Shown here in pieces: positions 28,093 through 38,879 of a DNA stretch of 43,117 bases (within the stretch, counting starts at the first letter, position 1; the number at the start of each line of letters is the position of its first letter). The position numbers and the translations under genes were made by a program. The notes beneath the pieces are model-generated. The model worked only from the letters and a program-made list of their open reading frames with translations. It ran no database searches and was not told the origin of the DNA. The stretch covers positions 1 through 43,117 of the forward strand of contig JAFGND010000043.1 in NCBI GenBank assembly GCA_016927185.1, read 5' to 3'. The stretch comes from Candidatus Coatesbacteria bacterium. Lineage in GTDB: Bacteria > JAFGND01.

Positions 28093-28329
28093 GATGAACT
28101 CAGTTCTTGTTAATGTACAAAAGAATCAAGTATTTTCATAAAAATACGGTTTTTCTTCTTGTGGAATTATAACAGGTAGACTGTTCAGTAAGCAAGACAG
28201 GTAATTCATGGAGCATAAGAAACAAAATTATGTTTTCAGATGGATTTTCAGTCTGTAAGTATATATTGACTAAAAAAGCGATGAGAGAAATAAAAGCTCA
28301 TCTTCCATGAAGGGTTATAAGGAAATTAA

Positions 28330-29631
28330 GTGAAAAAGGAATTGGTTGTCTCAGTTGTTGGTGCTGGTCTGGCTGGTTGTTCAGCAGCATTTGAGTTAGC
28401 CAGAATGGGGATAAGAGTAAATCTCTTTGAAATGAGACCAGCATTAATGACGGAAGCACATAAAACAGGAAAACCAGCTGAACTTGTATGCAGTAATTCT
28501 CTTAAAAGCAAGGAGTTAAGCAGGGCAAGTGGACTGTTGAAGACAGAGCTTGAAATGCTTGACTGTGAAATGCTAAAGATAGCTTATGAGAATTCAATTC
28601 CAGGGGGAAAGGCATTGGTTGTTGACAGGGAGGGTTTTGCAGATGCTGTTGATATGAAATTGAAATCAAATCCTCTTGTGACAAGCATAGTTGAGGAAAT
28701 CACTGATTTCAGTCTGGAAAAGCAATTTCCGGTAATATATGCAACTGGCCCGCTTACTTCAGAGAAGTTACTCAAAGCTTTTCAGGAAAGATTTTCCAGC
28801 GCTCTGTTTTTCTATGATGCAATTGCTCCTTCAGTTCTTCTTGATAGTCTTGATACTAAAGAAATGTTTTGGGGAAGCAGAAATCAGGAAGATTGCCATG
28901 ATTACCTGAATATACCGCTAAGTAAGGAAGAATATCTTAAGCTTTACAGTGATTTACTTGAAGCCGATACAATAGCAGAAAAACCTTTCGAGAAAAAATA
29001 TTTCGAAATCTGTCTCCCTGTTGAAGAGCTGGCAAGAAGGGGAGTAGATACACTAAGGTTCGGTCCTTTGAAACCAGTTGGATTCAATCTCCCCAGAAAA
29101 CCATATGCAGTAATACAGCTAAGACGGGAGGATAAGGCAGGAAAGATAATGGGAATGGTAGGTTTCCAGACAAGATTATCATATAAATCACAGAAAAAGG
29201 TTTTTTCAGGAATCAGGGGATTTGAAAATGCAGAATTCATAAGGCTTGGTTCGCTTCACAAGAATTCCTATCTAAACAGTCCTGATTTCCTTGATGATCA
29301 TCTGAGATTGAAAACAGGACAGAATGTATGGTTTGCAGGACAGATTGCAGGAAGCGAAGGTTATACTGAGGCAATTGCATTGGGACTGGCAGCAGGAAAG
29401 TTTGCAGGGAGAAGATTGCTTGGAAATGAAATACCTTCTTTTCCCGACAAGACAATTATTGGTTCCCTTATCAAGTACATTACTGAAGGACAATCTCCCA
29501 TAAAACCCATGCAGGCAAATTGGGGATTGCTTGAAGAAATGAACATGAAGGATAAAAAAAAGAAATATGAAAAATATGCCAATGAAAGCATTTGCTCTTT
29601 AAAAGAATACATAAACATGTATTTCAGATAG
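28330..29631 (+). CDS. trmFO: tRNA (uracil-54) methyltransferase, FAD/folate dependent
   Basis: GAGLAG, AELVCSNSL, IYATGPLTS, FYDAIAP, FGPLKPVG, VGFQT, AGQI.G.EGY. Confidence 0.95.
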   Translation: MKKELVVSVVGAGLAGCSAAFELARMGIRVNLFEMRPALMTEAHKTGKPAELVCSNSLKSKELSRASGLLKTELEMLDCEMLKIAYENSIPGGKALVVDREGFADAVDMKLKSNPLVTSIVEEITDFSLEKQFPVIYATGPLTSEKLLKAFQERFSSALFFYDAIAPSVLLDSLDTKEMFWGSRNQEDCHDYLNIPLSKEEYLKLYSDLLEADTIAEKPFEKKYFEICLPVEELARRGVDTLRFGPLKPVGFNLPRKPYAVIQLRREDKAGKIMGMVGFQTRLSYKSQKKVFSGIRGFENAEFIRLGSLHKNSYLNSPDFLDDHLRLKTGQNVWFAGQIAGSEGYTEAIALGLAAGKFAGRRLLGNEIPSFPDKTIIGSLIKYITEGQSPIKPMQANWGLLEEMNMKDKKKKYEKYANESICSLKEYINMYFR

Positions 29632-29637
29632 CTATAT

Positions 29638-30369
29638 CTATTTGTAAATCAATGGTTTGACAAGTTCGACATTCTTGGTTACTGCCTCGATTATCTCCAT
29701 TGGCCAGACATACTTGACAGATCTTCCTGCAACAGTTTCATTAGGGGCAAATTCGGCATTCATTGTCATCACGCCTTTTTTGTTATATCGTCTGTTATAT
29801 ACTATTTTTCCATAATCATATTTTCTCTCTACTCTCACTCTTCCATCCTGATAATACAGCCTGAGTTTGCCGTTTTCAATGCCATTTGTATAATTGCATT
29901 CAGCCCTCATATTTCCTGAATCATAGTACAGCACCTGTCTTCCCTCAGGCTTTCCAAGATAGATGCTTCCCTCAAATTCAAGCTTTCCATTAGAGAACCA
30001 GGTTCTCCAGTCCCCATGTGGATACTGACCGGTCCATTCTCCCTGCATGCTTTTCTTGTGATTGTCATGAAAGCCTTCTATCTTCCATTTGACACCAAAT
30101 TTCTCCCATGTTCCCTTGAATGAAGGCTTAAGGTTATCATTCCAGATTGTTATTTCACCAGTCTCACCTTTATTCTCTGCAGTTATTTCATAGTGCTTCT
30201 GACCAGATTGGTAGTATTCTATACGCTTCACTATGAATTTTCCATCAGAAAAGTCCACTGTCTTTGGAATGCCTCCAGGATATGATTCCTTGACTTCCCT
30301 GGTGAGTACTGCTTCAGCAGAAATTGCTGTATAGATGAATATTGAAACAAAAGTGAGAATATACTTCAT
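29638..30369 (-). CDS. Secreted MORN-variant repeat protein (YwqK-like)
   Basis: Signal peptide; G....YY..G repeats. Confidence 0.75.
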   Translation of the reverse strand: MKYILTFVSIFIYTAISAEAVLTREVKESYPGGIPKTVDFSDGKFIVKRIEYYQSGQKHYEITAENKGETGEITIWNDNLKPSFKGTWEKFGVKWKIEGFHDNHKKSMQGEWTGQYPHGDWRTWFSNGKLEFEGSIYLGKPEGRQVLYYDSGNMRAECNYTNGIENGKLRLYYQDGRVRVERKYDYGKIVYNRRYNKKGVMTMNAEFAPNETVAGRSVKYVWPMEIIEAVTKNVELVKPLIYK

Positions 30370-30516
30370 TTGCCCTCCATTTAATTAACAGCCGGAAAGT
30401 CTTTATTTAGTACAATAAAGGTCAAGAAAATTCCCTAATGTATTGAAACAAATACTTTCCATTGAAAACAATTGACAGAATTAATCATATTGCTCTTAGC
30501 AACAAAAAGGAGAATT

Positions 30517-31925
30517 ATGAAAGTATTATTATATTGCTGTTTTCATACTCTATTTCTGGAGCATCTATCTGGCTTAACTGGCAAGGGAATATTCAACATA
30601 CTGGATATATGCCAAATCCTGAAGTTGGTAAGCCAAACAAAATCTGGGAGATATACTCATTATATAGTGCACTGGACAGTAGTCAGAAGATTTACAGCAT
30701 AAGAGGATTGTCAATAGAGACTTATAATTATTTCGGGTACAAGACATGGCAGGAGAGCTTTGGTGATGAAGACAAGTGCTATGAAATAATTGCTGACAGC
30801 CTTTATGGATTTCTGGCGTTCAAGTCATGGACTGAATATGAGTATACAAATAACTATTATAAATTCAGAGTTTACAGTCCTGAACATGATTACAAATGGG
30901 AAATAGAGGAGTATAATTCAGAAATGTTTATGTCAGGTAATGCTATAATGAGCGTTCTGAGAGATAATTTACTTAAGAGATGGATATTCTTGAATTATTC
31001 TTCTGGTACTTATGATAGTTATTTTGCTGGCTTTTTCAGTATTTATGATGATAGTGGTGAACTAAAGAAAACCAGAAGTATTAGAAATACTATAAGAGAA
31101 AATACAATTTCTGTAGATAAGCAAGGCAATATTTATATATCAAGTTCTGAAGGTAGTTATCTTGCAAACATTTATCCAGCATCTTTGTATTGCTTTTCAG
31201 CAAATGCTGATTCAATATGGTGTCTGAATTTCGGCAAAAATACCTGGCCAGTATTTCCCCCAATTCTGGATGATTATTTCAATCCTGCTCTTATCTATGC
31301 TACTTATACAGATACTCTTTATTGCGTCAATGGGGCAAATGGAGTGATTCTGTGGAAGATGGGTAATATTTATCTGGCACCAGCTATTGATACACTTGGA
31401 AATCTCTTCCTTCCATTCGCAAATGAACTTCGCAAGATTGACAGGACAGGTAGAATTACTTATATAAAGACTTTTCCAGGCAGAATTATCACTCCACCTG
31501 TATTAGACAGATCCTTTAACATTTATCTCGCAACAAATGATTCCATTTTTTCATTGAACAAGGAACTTAACAGACGCTGGACTCACCCTATCAATAGTGG
31601 AGTTAAAAACCTTATGCTTGGCGAAAATGGGCATTTGTTTGCAATTACTGGAAGTGAGCTTATATGCTTGAGGGATGAAACAAGTATAAGTGAGTATAAA
31701 GCGATTAAGAAAATTCCCCCAGACAAATTAATCTGTCAGCCAAATCCCTTTTCAGAATATCTTCATGTGACTATTCCTGAAGAGGGAAAGATTTACTCGC
31801 TTACAGGAAGTCTTGTTCTGAAATTACCTTCAGGCAAGCATATAATAAATACATCAGACTGGAATGAGGGTTTGTATTTCTTGAAATCAGGCAATTCCAC
31901 AGTCAAGCTAATCAAATTCAGGTAG
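30517..31925 (+). pseudogene. PQQ-type beta-propeller with T9SS-like C-terminal domain, apparent 1-nt frameshift in the signal peptide
   Basis: SD AAGGAG + ATG 30517 is out of frame with the long ORF; adding one base near 30530 gives MKVLLILLFSYSISGA; QPNPF...IYSLTG...KLIKFR tail. Confidence 0.65.
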
Positions 31926-31930
31926 AATTG

Positions 31931-31957
31931 AAAGCAGGAAACATTTCCTGCTTTTTT
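31931..31957. terminator. Intrinsic terminator between convergent genes, probably bidirectional
   Basis: AAAGCAGGAA-ACAT-TTCCTGCTTTTTT. Confidence 0.8.
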
Positions 31958-32317
31958 CTATCTCTTTTCGATAATTGCGAAAGTTACTCCTGATGGCTCA
32001 TTAAAAAGACATATCCATGTTTTTGGAAAAATCTCGACAGGCTCTATGGTTATGCAACCACCATTTTCTGCTATCTTATCCCTCATTTTCATTATATCAT
32101 CCACTTTTATATAAATTGTCAAAAATGGTAATTTGGCTTGCTTGAGAGTGAATATTCCTCCACCCTTGAATGCATCAGGAAAATCATTTTTCAAATCGAA
32201 TATCTCTGTCTCCTTGTCATAAATGAAATCCCAGTCAAACACTTTCTTGAAAAATTCCGCTGAAGCATTGGCATCATGTGAAGCAAGCTCCCACCAGACA
32301 ATAGGAAATTGTCCCAT
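31958..32317 (-). CDS. VOC/glyoxalase family protein
   Basis: IVWWEL..D.....FF..VFDW; IYIKVDD; EPSG. Confidence 0.85.
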   Translation of the reverse strand: MGQFPIVWWELASHDANASAEFFKKVFDWDFIYDKETEIFDLKNDFPDAFKGGGIFTLKQAKLPFLTIYIKVDDIMKMRDKIAENGGCITIEPVEIFPKTWICLFNEPSGVTFAIIEKR

Positions 32318-32355
32318 ATTCCTTCCTTTCTGTTAGTTTCTGTTTTTAAGTCTTT

Positions 32356-32814
32356 TTAATCCTTTAAATCATCAATCCAGTCAGGCAGTTTTCCCTTTTC
32401 CTTCAGTCTTTTGTTTATTTCAGGCATATTCTCGAATTGCCTTGCAGATAATTCATACTCCTCTCGAGATATATCCTTTCCCCTGACACAATAAAGAAGA
32501 AGTCCATCCCTGCTTGCAAGAAGAGGAGCAACTTTCTTGCAGGGGAATTCCTCACAGTCTGCACAGAAGTCAATACCTTTTTCCATTGCGCATGCTCTTG
32601 CCTGGCAGGATTTATCAGCGATTTCACCATCTCCCTTGCATCCACAACATGGAGATTTTATTGGCACATTCTCTTCAGTATAGCATGTATGACCAAACAA
32701 TTTCTTCCAGCCTTCAACCATTTTTCTTCTTTTCTCTATATCAGGAGATTTTCCTGCACATATTCCACATTTATATCCACAATAGCCCTTTGAATTAATG
32801 TCTTTATCATCCAT
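32356..32814 (-). CDS. DUF3795-like Cys-rich protein
   Basis: YCG.KCG.C, C.GC, C..R.C...KGI..CA.C.EFPC. Confidence 0.85.
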   Translation of the reverse strand: MDDKDINSKGYCGYKCGICAGKSPDIEKRRKMVEGWKKLFGHTCYTEENVPIKSPCCGCKGDGEIADKSCQARACAMEKGIDFCADCEEFPCKKVAPLLASRDGLLLYCVRGKDISREEYELSARQFENMPEINKRLKEKGKLPDWIDDLKD

Positions 32815-32997
32815 GTCTCACTCCTTTTTTCGTTTTGATGCTTATACAATCAAAAAAAGTCAAGATAATTGTATTGCCAGGCTTTCATTAGATAAAATTA
32901 CACTTTCATAAGTCTTTGGGGCTAGATTAAGCAAATTGATTTATCCAGTTGACAAAAAAAGCATATTGAATGAAGTATTTGCTTGAAAGGGGATAGA

Positions 32998-33444
32998 ATG
33001 GAAGACAAAGAAAAACTCATGGGATGCTGCGGACTTTATTGTGGTGATTGCTTTATTTACAAAGGTGAAATTGCTGATCTGGCAAGGGATTTGAGAAAAG
33101 TTTTGAGATCAGAAAGGTTTGAAAAGGTTGCAGAAGCCATTTCAAAGAACCATTTCTTCAAGGTTTTAGAGAAATATGAAGACTGCTATGAAGTACTTGG
33201 AGGGTTGGTAAAATTCCGCTGCAAGAAAGCCTGTGTAAATGGCGGTGGCAATCCTTACTGCCAAATAAGAATATGCTGCACGAAGAAAGGCTTAAAGGGC
33301 TGCTGGGAATGCGACGAGATTGATACCTGCAAGCATCATGATGAATTCATGCAGTCATTTCACAAGAACGCGATGCGTAACAATATAAAGAAGATAAAAA
33401 AAAAGGGATTGAAAGAATTCCTTAGCGGCAAAAGAGAATGGTAG
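32998..33444 (+). CDS. DUF3795-like Cys-rich protein
   Basis: CCGLYCGDC, C.IR.CC..KG..GCWEC; ATG 32998 after AAGGGG. Confidence 0.85.
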   Translation: MEDKEKLMGCCGLYCGDCFIYKGEIADLARDLRKVLRSERFEKVAEAISKNHFFKVLEKYEDCYEVLGGLVKFRCKKACVNGGGNPYCQIRICCTKKGLKGCWECDEIDTCKHHDEFMQSFHKNAMRNNIKKIKKKGLKEFLSGKREW

Positions 33445-33450
33445 ATACTA

Positions 33451-34482
33451 TTAATAACCCTTTTTGAGATCCACTTCATTCAGGAAATGCTTTTCACCTT
33501 TCGCGAAGCGAGAAATATTCTCGAAAACCTCCTGCCATCTATTCAAATCAGAAAAGGGTGAAGCTGCTCTGTGAGGTGAAAGTATTACATTATCAAGCTC
33601 ATGAAATGGAAAGGAATACGGGAGTTTTCTTGCCATTCCATCTGGTGCTGGATTATAATTGTACCATACATCAATAGCAGCGGCTTTTATAATCTTTTCC
33701 TTGAGAGCCTTGTAAAGATCAGCTTCTTTTATGATTTCACCTCTTGCAACATTTACAAGAAGACTTTCAGGACCTAGCAAAGATAATTCCTTGATGGCTA
33801 TAAGTCCTTCAGTTTCATGCGTTTGTGGTATCATGATAATAAGCATGTCAATTTTCTTCAGAAAAATGTCTATATCAGAAACAGAATAAACAGCCTTGCA
33901 AGGCAAATCATTAGTTATCTTGGTTTTAGGAGATCTGCTTAGTATATGAAATTCAGGATCAAATGCTGCAAGAAATGAATGGACTTTTTTCCCGATATGA
34001 CCATAGCCTAGAAGGCCTATCTTGCTGTATTTCAATGGAATGGAAGCCCCCTCTTCATCCCCTGTTCTCCATGAACCGTTTTTCATGTATTGATGGTGCA
34101 GAATGATTTTATTGGTAAGTGTAAGCAATAATGCAACTGTATGCTGTGCAGTGAAATAAGAATTACCGTGCCCATTGACAAGTATAACCTTCCGCTTCTC
34201 ATTGAGTTTACTGAATGTCGAAATCAGATGTTTAATTCCAGCTCCAGGATGAATAAAAAGCGACAATCTGTCTGCATTTTCAAGGAGTTTTTCTGAAGGT
34301 CTCCAGCCAATCATAATATCTGCATTCTTGTAATACTCTGTCATATTCTCATCATCAAGGTTTTCAGGATATACAAGGTTGATTTCCTCAAAATCATTCT
34401 TGAGGCAATTGAATAACATCTTGAGATCATTGCCAGGTTTAAAGAGAAACAGGATATTTATATTGTTCATTGAATCTGCCAT
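33451..34482 (-). CDS. D-isomer-specific 2-hydroxyacid dehydrogenase family protein
   Basis: GLLGYGHIG, LVNVARG, AAIDVW, SPH; start uncertain (34470-34521). Confidence 0.9.
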   Translation of the reverse strand: MADSMNNINILFLFKPGNDLKMLFNCLKNDFEEINLVYPENLDDENMTEYYKNADIMIGWRPSEKLLENADRLSLFIHPGAGIKHLISTFSKLNEKRKVILVNGHGNSYFTAQHTVALLLTLTNKIILHHQYMKNGSWRTGDEEGASIPLKYSKIGLLGYGHIGKKVHSFLAAFDPEFHILSRSPKTKITNDLPCKAVYSVSDIDIFLKKIDMLIIMIPQTHETEGLIAIKELSLLGPESLLVNVARGEIIKEADLYKALKEKIIKAAAIDVWYNYNPAPDGMARKLPYSFPFHELDNVILSPHRAASPFSDLNRWQEVFENISRFAKGEKHFLNEVDLKKGY

Positions 34483-34495
34483 TAAAACATTAAAA

Positions 34496-35293
34496 TCATT
34501 TTTTCCTGTCCCTTGTTTCAAGATTCCTTACTGCAACTTGCTTGCTGTAAATTGCATCTTCGAAACCAGGATTGGCATTAAGGATTACATCATAAAGTTT
34601 TATAGCTTCCTCGAATTGCTCAGTTTCATTAAGTGCGAAGGCTTTATTCATCATTGCATCATAATAATAGGGGTCAATCTGGAGGGCTTTATTGTAGCAT
34701 TTTATTGCTTCCTGGAAATTATTCAGCATGCTATAACTGTAACCAAGGTCTCTCCATGCCAATGCGAGTCCAGGATCAAGATCCAGAGCCTTCTTATAAC
34801 ATCTTATTGCTTCTTCTTCCTCTTCCAGATTGCTATGAGCACTTCCCTTGTTAACCCAAACTACGGCAATTGACTGATCCAGTTCAAGAATTGCATTATA
34901 ACATTCGATTGCTTTCCTGAACCATTTCAAGCTAGCAAGAATACAGCCCTTGTTGTAATAAGCCATGCAGTTCATTACAGAGTCTTTAGTCAGCTCAAGT
35001 GATTTGTCATAACATTCTATTGCTGCTTCATAATTCTGTAGAGCTAGCAAGCTGTTTGCTTTGTTCAGGATTGTGAAAGCATCAGTTGAATTTATTTCCA
35101 GCGCCCTGTTGAAACACTCAATTGCTTCCTCGTCTCTTTCCATTGATGCAAGAGCAAGTCCCTTGTTTGTCCATGCTACAAAGAAAAAGGGATCAGATTC
35201 AAGTGCATTATCATAGCATTTTATTGCTTCCTCTAGTTTGCCTTCGTTTACAAGATTGTAACCCTTATCATTCCATGCTTCTGCAACTGACAT
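34496..35293 (-). CDS. Tetratricopeptide repeat protein
   Basis: About seven AW.NKG..L......EAI.CY..AL..DP repeats. Confidence 0.93.
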   Translation of the reverse strand: MSVAEAWNDKGYNLVNEGKLEEAIKCYDNALESDPFFFVAWTNKGLALASMERDEEAIECFNRALEINSTDAFTILNKANSLLALQNYEAAIECYDKSLELTKDSVMNCMAYYNKGCILASLKWFRKAIECYNAILELDQSIAVVWVNKGSAHSNLEEEEEAIRCYKKALDLDPGLALAWRDLGYSYSMLNNFQEAIKCYNKALQIDPYYYDAMMNKAFALNETEQFEEAIKLYDVILNANPGFEDAIYSKQVAVRNLETRDRKK

Positions 35294-35307
35294 ATTAATT
35301 CCTTCAA

Positions 35308-36072
35308 TTATAGGGTAAAAGATGAGCTTATAATGAAAAAGCCTCCAGTCATTTCAACCTTCCCATCAGATTCATCAAGATTCCATTCCATCTGGAAATG
35401 CTTGATGCCAATTCCCAGACCGAGATATTCGAAAGAGGGGATAGGTTTTATCAATCCATACATCTCTGCCTGAAGAATGCTCCCCCATTCGGTTTTGAAA
35501 AAAGAACCAACACGGAACTTAGCTTCTGCTATCTTATATTTATAACCTAAATCAAGGAAAATGGTTGGCAGGAGCGAAGATCTTTCATAATCCCTTGATT
35601 CTCCTAATGTCGTATCTTCAATATGCGCCTTGACTTTTCCTTGATTCCCAGTAACACCAAGTCCAGCCTTGAAGCCTTTTATCATTAATGGGAAGAAAGT
35701 ATATCCAAACTGGACAAGATTGAGAGAGAATTCAGAATTGATTGTATCATTTATTTCGTAGGTTTCTCCTTTGAATCTTATCTCTTCATCAAGAACTATC
35801 TGACCTGAATAGGAGAGTGGATAAAATGACAGGTTGAAATCGTGCCTTTTCCAGAGAGTAGTCTTGAGAGAGAATATGGCAGGCTGGAATTTCTCATTAA
35901 TACCTACATCATCAAGAGAAAACTCAGCTCCCTCAACTTCATCCTGATCCACTCTTATCTTTGAAGTAAGATTTGGGCTCCATGGTTCGTAGAAAACACC
36001 TATTTCAACTACTTCTTCAGATCCCTCAAGGCAGAGAAGTGAAGCAAAGATAATTATTAGAATAGTTTTCAA
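35308..36072 (-). CDS. Putative outer-membrane beta-barrel protein
   Basis: Signal peptide; alternating hydrophobic strands, aromatic-rich C-terminus. Confidence 0.6.
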   Translation of the reverse strand: MKTILIIIFASLLCLEGSEEVVEIGVFYEPWSPNLTSKIRVDQDEVEGAEFSLDDVGINEKFQPAIFSLKTTLWKRHDFNLSFYPLSYSGQIVLDEEIRFKGETYEINDTINSEFSLNLVQFGYTFFPLMIKGFKAGLGVTGNQGKVKAHIEDTTLGESRDYERSSLLPTIFLDLGYKYKIAEAKFRVGSFFKTEWGSILQAEMYGLIKPIPSFEYLGLGIGIKHFQMEWNLDESDGKVEMTGGFFIISSSFTL

Positions 36073-36102
36073 AGCAAGCTCCCTTATTTACCAAACATTT
36101 TT

Positions 36103-36459
36103 TCAAAATGAATGCAACGCTATCCTGTTTCCTTCAGTATCAATTATCACTGCCTTGTATCCATACATGCCTATCTGGTGCTTTTCTGTAATTACTGTAC
36201 AGTTGAATTCCCTTGCTTTCTGCAAGGCATAATCCAGTCTTCCCGTAACATTGAAATACAAAAGCACTCCATCTTTTGAAGATTTCATATTTTTGCATTG
36301 TATAAGGCAGCATACAACTTCGCTCTCTTTGTATTCAACTACAGCCATCTTTTCTTCTTCAATCAGGTTTATCCTGCAGTCAAGAATTTTTTCGTAGAAC
36401 TTGATAGCTCTTTTCAGATCAGCAACAGGCAAATCAAATGCATTAATTATATTAGACAT
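36103..36459 (-). CDS. VOC/glyoxalase family protein
   Basis: FDLPV.D..RA.KFY; LYFNV; DTEGNRIALHS; SD GGAGG. Confidence 0.88.
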   Translation of the reverse strand: MSNIINAFDLPVADLKRAIKFYEKILDCRINLIEEEKMAVVEYKESEVVCCLIQCKNMKSSKDGVLLYFNVTGRLDYALQKAREFNCTVITEKHQIGMYGYKAVIIDTEGNRIALHSF

Positions 36460-36655
36460 CACCCCTCCCAATTCACTAGATATCAAATTATGTTCTCTCT
36501 GAAAAGAATTGGAAGGTTTTTTGTCAATTGCTTTTTGGTCAGATCTGCCTGTATTTATTTCTCAAGTATGAAAAGAAATATTTTGACTTTTTTACAGGTT
36601 TTTCTTTTCCTGATTATGTCATGATTTTAAACGGTCTCTGGCAGGTAATCATATA

Positions 36656-37651
36656 ATGAAAGACAAAGAGGAATTCAGCTGGATTGAAATAGCATGTCCT
36701 TGCTGCGGCAGTATTGGGAACTATGAAGTCCTGTTTCATGACAAGAACAGGAGAGAACTTATCCCGATTGAAACTAATTGTGTCAAATGCAAGAATTGCA
36801 CAATGGTCTATCTGACACCAATACCTGAGCCAGACAGTTTCAATAAGTATTATAAAGAGATTTACCTGAAATTCATGAGGGAGGGTGAAGAAGTAGAGAA
36901 GGAAACTTCAAAAAGCATTATCTATAAAGCACTTGAGTGGTTTCTTGGCTTTCAACTGAGAATCTTTCTCTTGATAAAAGGTAGCTGGATAAAAAAGGAA
37001 TTTGTTAAAAAAGAGAAACTGAAGTTCCTTGATATTGGATGCAGTAATGCTATGAAAATAAAGTGGTTAGCGGATTTGAAGTACTGCATTCACGGGATTG
37101 ATGTCAATCCTTCAGGAATAGAGGAAGCAATAAAGAACATTCCAGATGGCGATTTCAGAATTGGTCTTCTTCATGAAGGAAACTTTGAAGACAGTTTTTT
37201 TGATATAGTGCATATGGATAATGTTTTCGAACATATCCATGATCCTGCAAATCTGCTTTCTGAAATCAACAGGATATTAAGGAAGGACGGAAAACTTATA
37301 CTAATAATTCCCTCTTTGAGCACTATTCAGAGACTGTGGGGAAAATATTATACTGTACAATGGATACCATTTCATGTCGCACTTTATACAAGAAAAACCA
37401 TAAGATTATTGCTTGAAAGTAACAATTTCAGGATAAGGAAAATATATAATCAGAGCATTGCATGGTGGGCAATACTTTCATACAGACAGTGGTCTTACAG
37501 AAACAGCAACAAGTATATTGATTGCAAGAAAACAAGCACTACTCTAATTGCAGAGATATTTCTTAATCCTTTCTTTTTCCTTCTCGAAATTCTTGGAAAT
37601 GCTGATTACCTTGTTGTTATTGCAGATAAGAAAACTCCTGAATATCAATAA
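36656..37651 (+). CDS. Class I SAM-dependent methyltransferase with N-terminal Cys motifs
   Basis: CPCC...C..C; FLDIGC; GIDV; VFEH..DP; LRKDGKL. Confidence 0.88.
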   Translation: MKDKEEFSWIEIACPCCGSIGNYEVLFHDKNRRELIPIETNCVKCKNCTMVYLTPIPEPDSFNKYYKEIYLKFMREGEEVEKETSKSIIYKALEWFLGFQLRIFLLIKGSWIKKEFVKKEKLKFLDIGCSNAMKIKWLADLKYCIHGIDVNPSGIEEAIKNIPDGDFRIGLLHEGNFEDSFFDIVHMDNVFEHIHDPANLLSEINRILRKDGKLILIIPSLSTIQRLWGKYYTVQWIPFHVALYTRKTIRLLLESNNFRIRKIYNQSIAWWAILSYRQWSYRNSNKYIDCKKTSTTLIAEIFLNPFFFLLEILGNADYLVVIADKKTPEYQ

Positions 37652-37661
37652 TCTATCATTC

Positions 37662-38879
37662 TCAGTTTTCAGAAACAAGCTTCTTGAATTCTCCTATGAA
37701 CATGCGCATGTCTTTCAAGAGAATTGCATCAGGTTTGCATCTAAGAACCATCCCGTCAAGATACATCATGCTCTTTATGATGCTGAACATGCCTTGCTCG
37801 AAAACAGCTCCTGAATTCACTGCAAGCTTTATTGTTTCCATCATTTTCTTTGTAAGACTTACTTCAGAAACAGTGCTGTTCTTGAAATCTGAATACAACT
37901 CAATGAATTTCTGTTCGTATTTCTTGAAGGAAGAATCGTCTATCTCTTTTTCTGCCATTTTATTAAGATAATATGCAGAGCCTTCGTAATCATATAGACT
38001 AAGATTATCAAAGAAATTGAAAAGACCATCCTTTATCTTCCTGCTGACATGGCTAATTGCTCCTGAATCAACGAAATATATGTTTCCTTCTGGGTTAAGT
38101 ATTATATTCCCTGGATGAATATCTCCATGGAATGTTCCTGGTCCGAACAAATAAAAACCATGAATGTGGAACAGATCAAGTAGCTTCGAGTAGTCAAGTG
38201 AATGACTATCAATAAGTTCGTCAAATGTATGACCCTCTATCCAGTTTGAAACCAGAATATTCGAATTTGATAGATCCTCGTAATAGACTGGGAAACATAG
38301 CTTTTGCAAATCGTATTTTTCCCTGTTTTCATTGAAAATCTTTTTCAGGATTTCCTGTCCCTTGATTTCATTCATTAAATCAAGCTCTTCAAGTGTATAT
38401 TCCTTGATGTTTTGCAGGATTCCTATAGGATCAAAAACTCCCTTCAGTTTAGGATAAAATACAAGTATGAATCTGAACCATTTCTCCAGGGTTTCTATGT
38501 CTTTAAGAAAATTGTTCCTGAAATCCTTCTTAATCACTTTAATTACAACACGTTGCCCATTTTTGAGCCTTGCCTCATGAACCTGTCCGACAGAGGCAGA
38601 AGCAAAAGGTATCTTGTTGAATTCAGTGAAGTTATCCAGCCATCTGTCATCCGTATAGCTTCTTATAAGCTCCTGTATATTCTCCTGTGGTATAGATGAA
38701 GTGTGTCTGTAAAGCTTTGTCAGATGTGCACATACCTTATCATCAAGAAAGTCTATTCTCAATGCATAATGCTGGGCAATCTTTACTGCAAGAAGTCCTT
38801 TTTTTTCTATCCTTGCAAGATCAGGCAATTTCTTGCCATATATGGTTTTCATTAATCCTATGAATGACAGGAAGTTCAC
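37662..38879 (-). CDS. ABC1/UbiB/AarF family atypical kinase
   Basis: KIAQ, FASASVGQVH, VIKV, EELD, FHGDIHPGN, VDSG. Confidence 0.9.
   Translation of the reverse strand: MNFLSFIGLMKTIYGKKLPDLARIEKKGLLAVKIAQHYALRIDFLDDKVCAHLTKLYRHTSSIPQENIQELIRSYTDDRWLDNFTEFNKIPFASASVGQVHEARLKNGQRVVIKVIKKDFRNNFLKDIETLEKWFRFILVFYPKLKGVFDPIGILQNIKEYTLEELDLMNEIKGQEILKKIFNENREKYDLQKLCFPVYYEDLSNSNILVSNWIEGHTFDELIDSHSLDYSKLLDLFHIHGFYLFGPGTFHGDIHPGNIILNPEGNIYFVDSGAISHVSRKIKDGLFNFFDNLSLYDYEGSAYYLNKMAEKEIDDSSFKKYEQKFIELYSDFKNSTVSEVSLTKKMMETIKLAVNSGAVFEQGMFSIIKSMMYLDGMVLRCKPDAILLKDMRMFIGEFKKLVSEN

Noticed and set aside
28093-28329. Short inverted repeats upstream of trmFO (TTCATGGA/TCCATGAA, GTATTTT/AAAATAC)
   Set aside because: Short, AT-rich and compatible with chance in a divergent promoter region
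32601-32613. CCTGGCAGGATTT, similar to the predicted displaced tRNA 3' end
   Set aside because: Inside an intact CDS, on the wrong side of the tRNA, and the match does not extend
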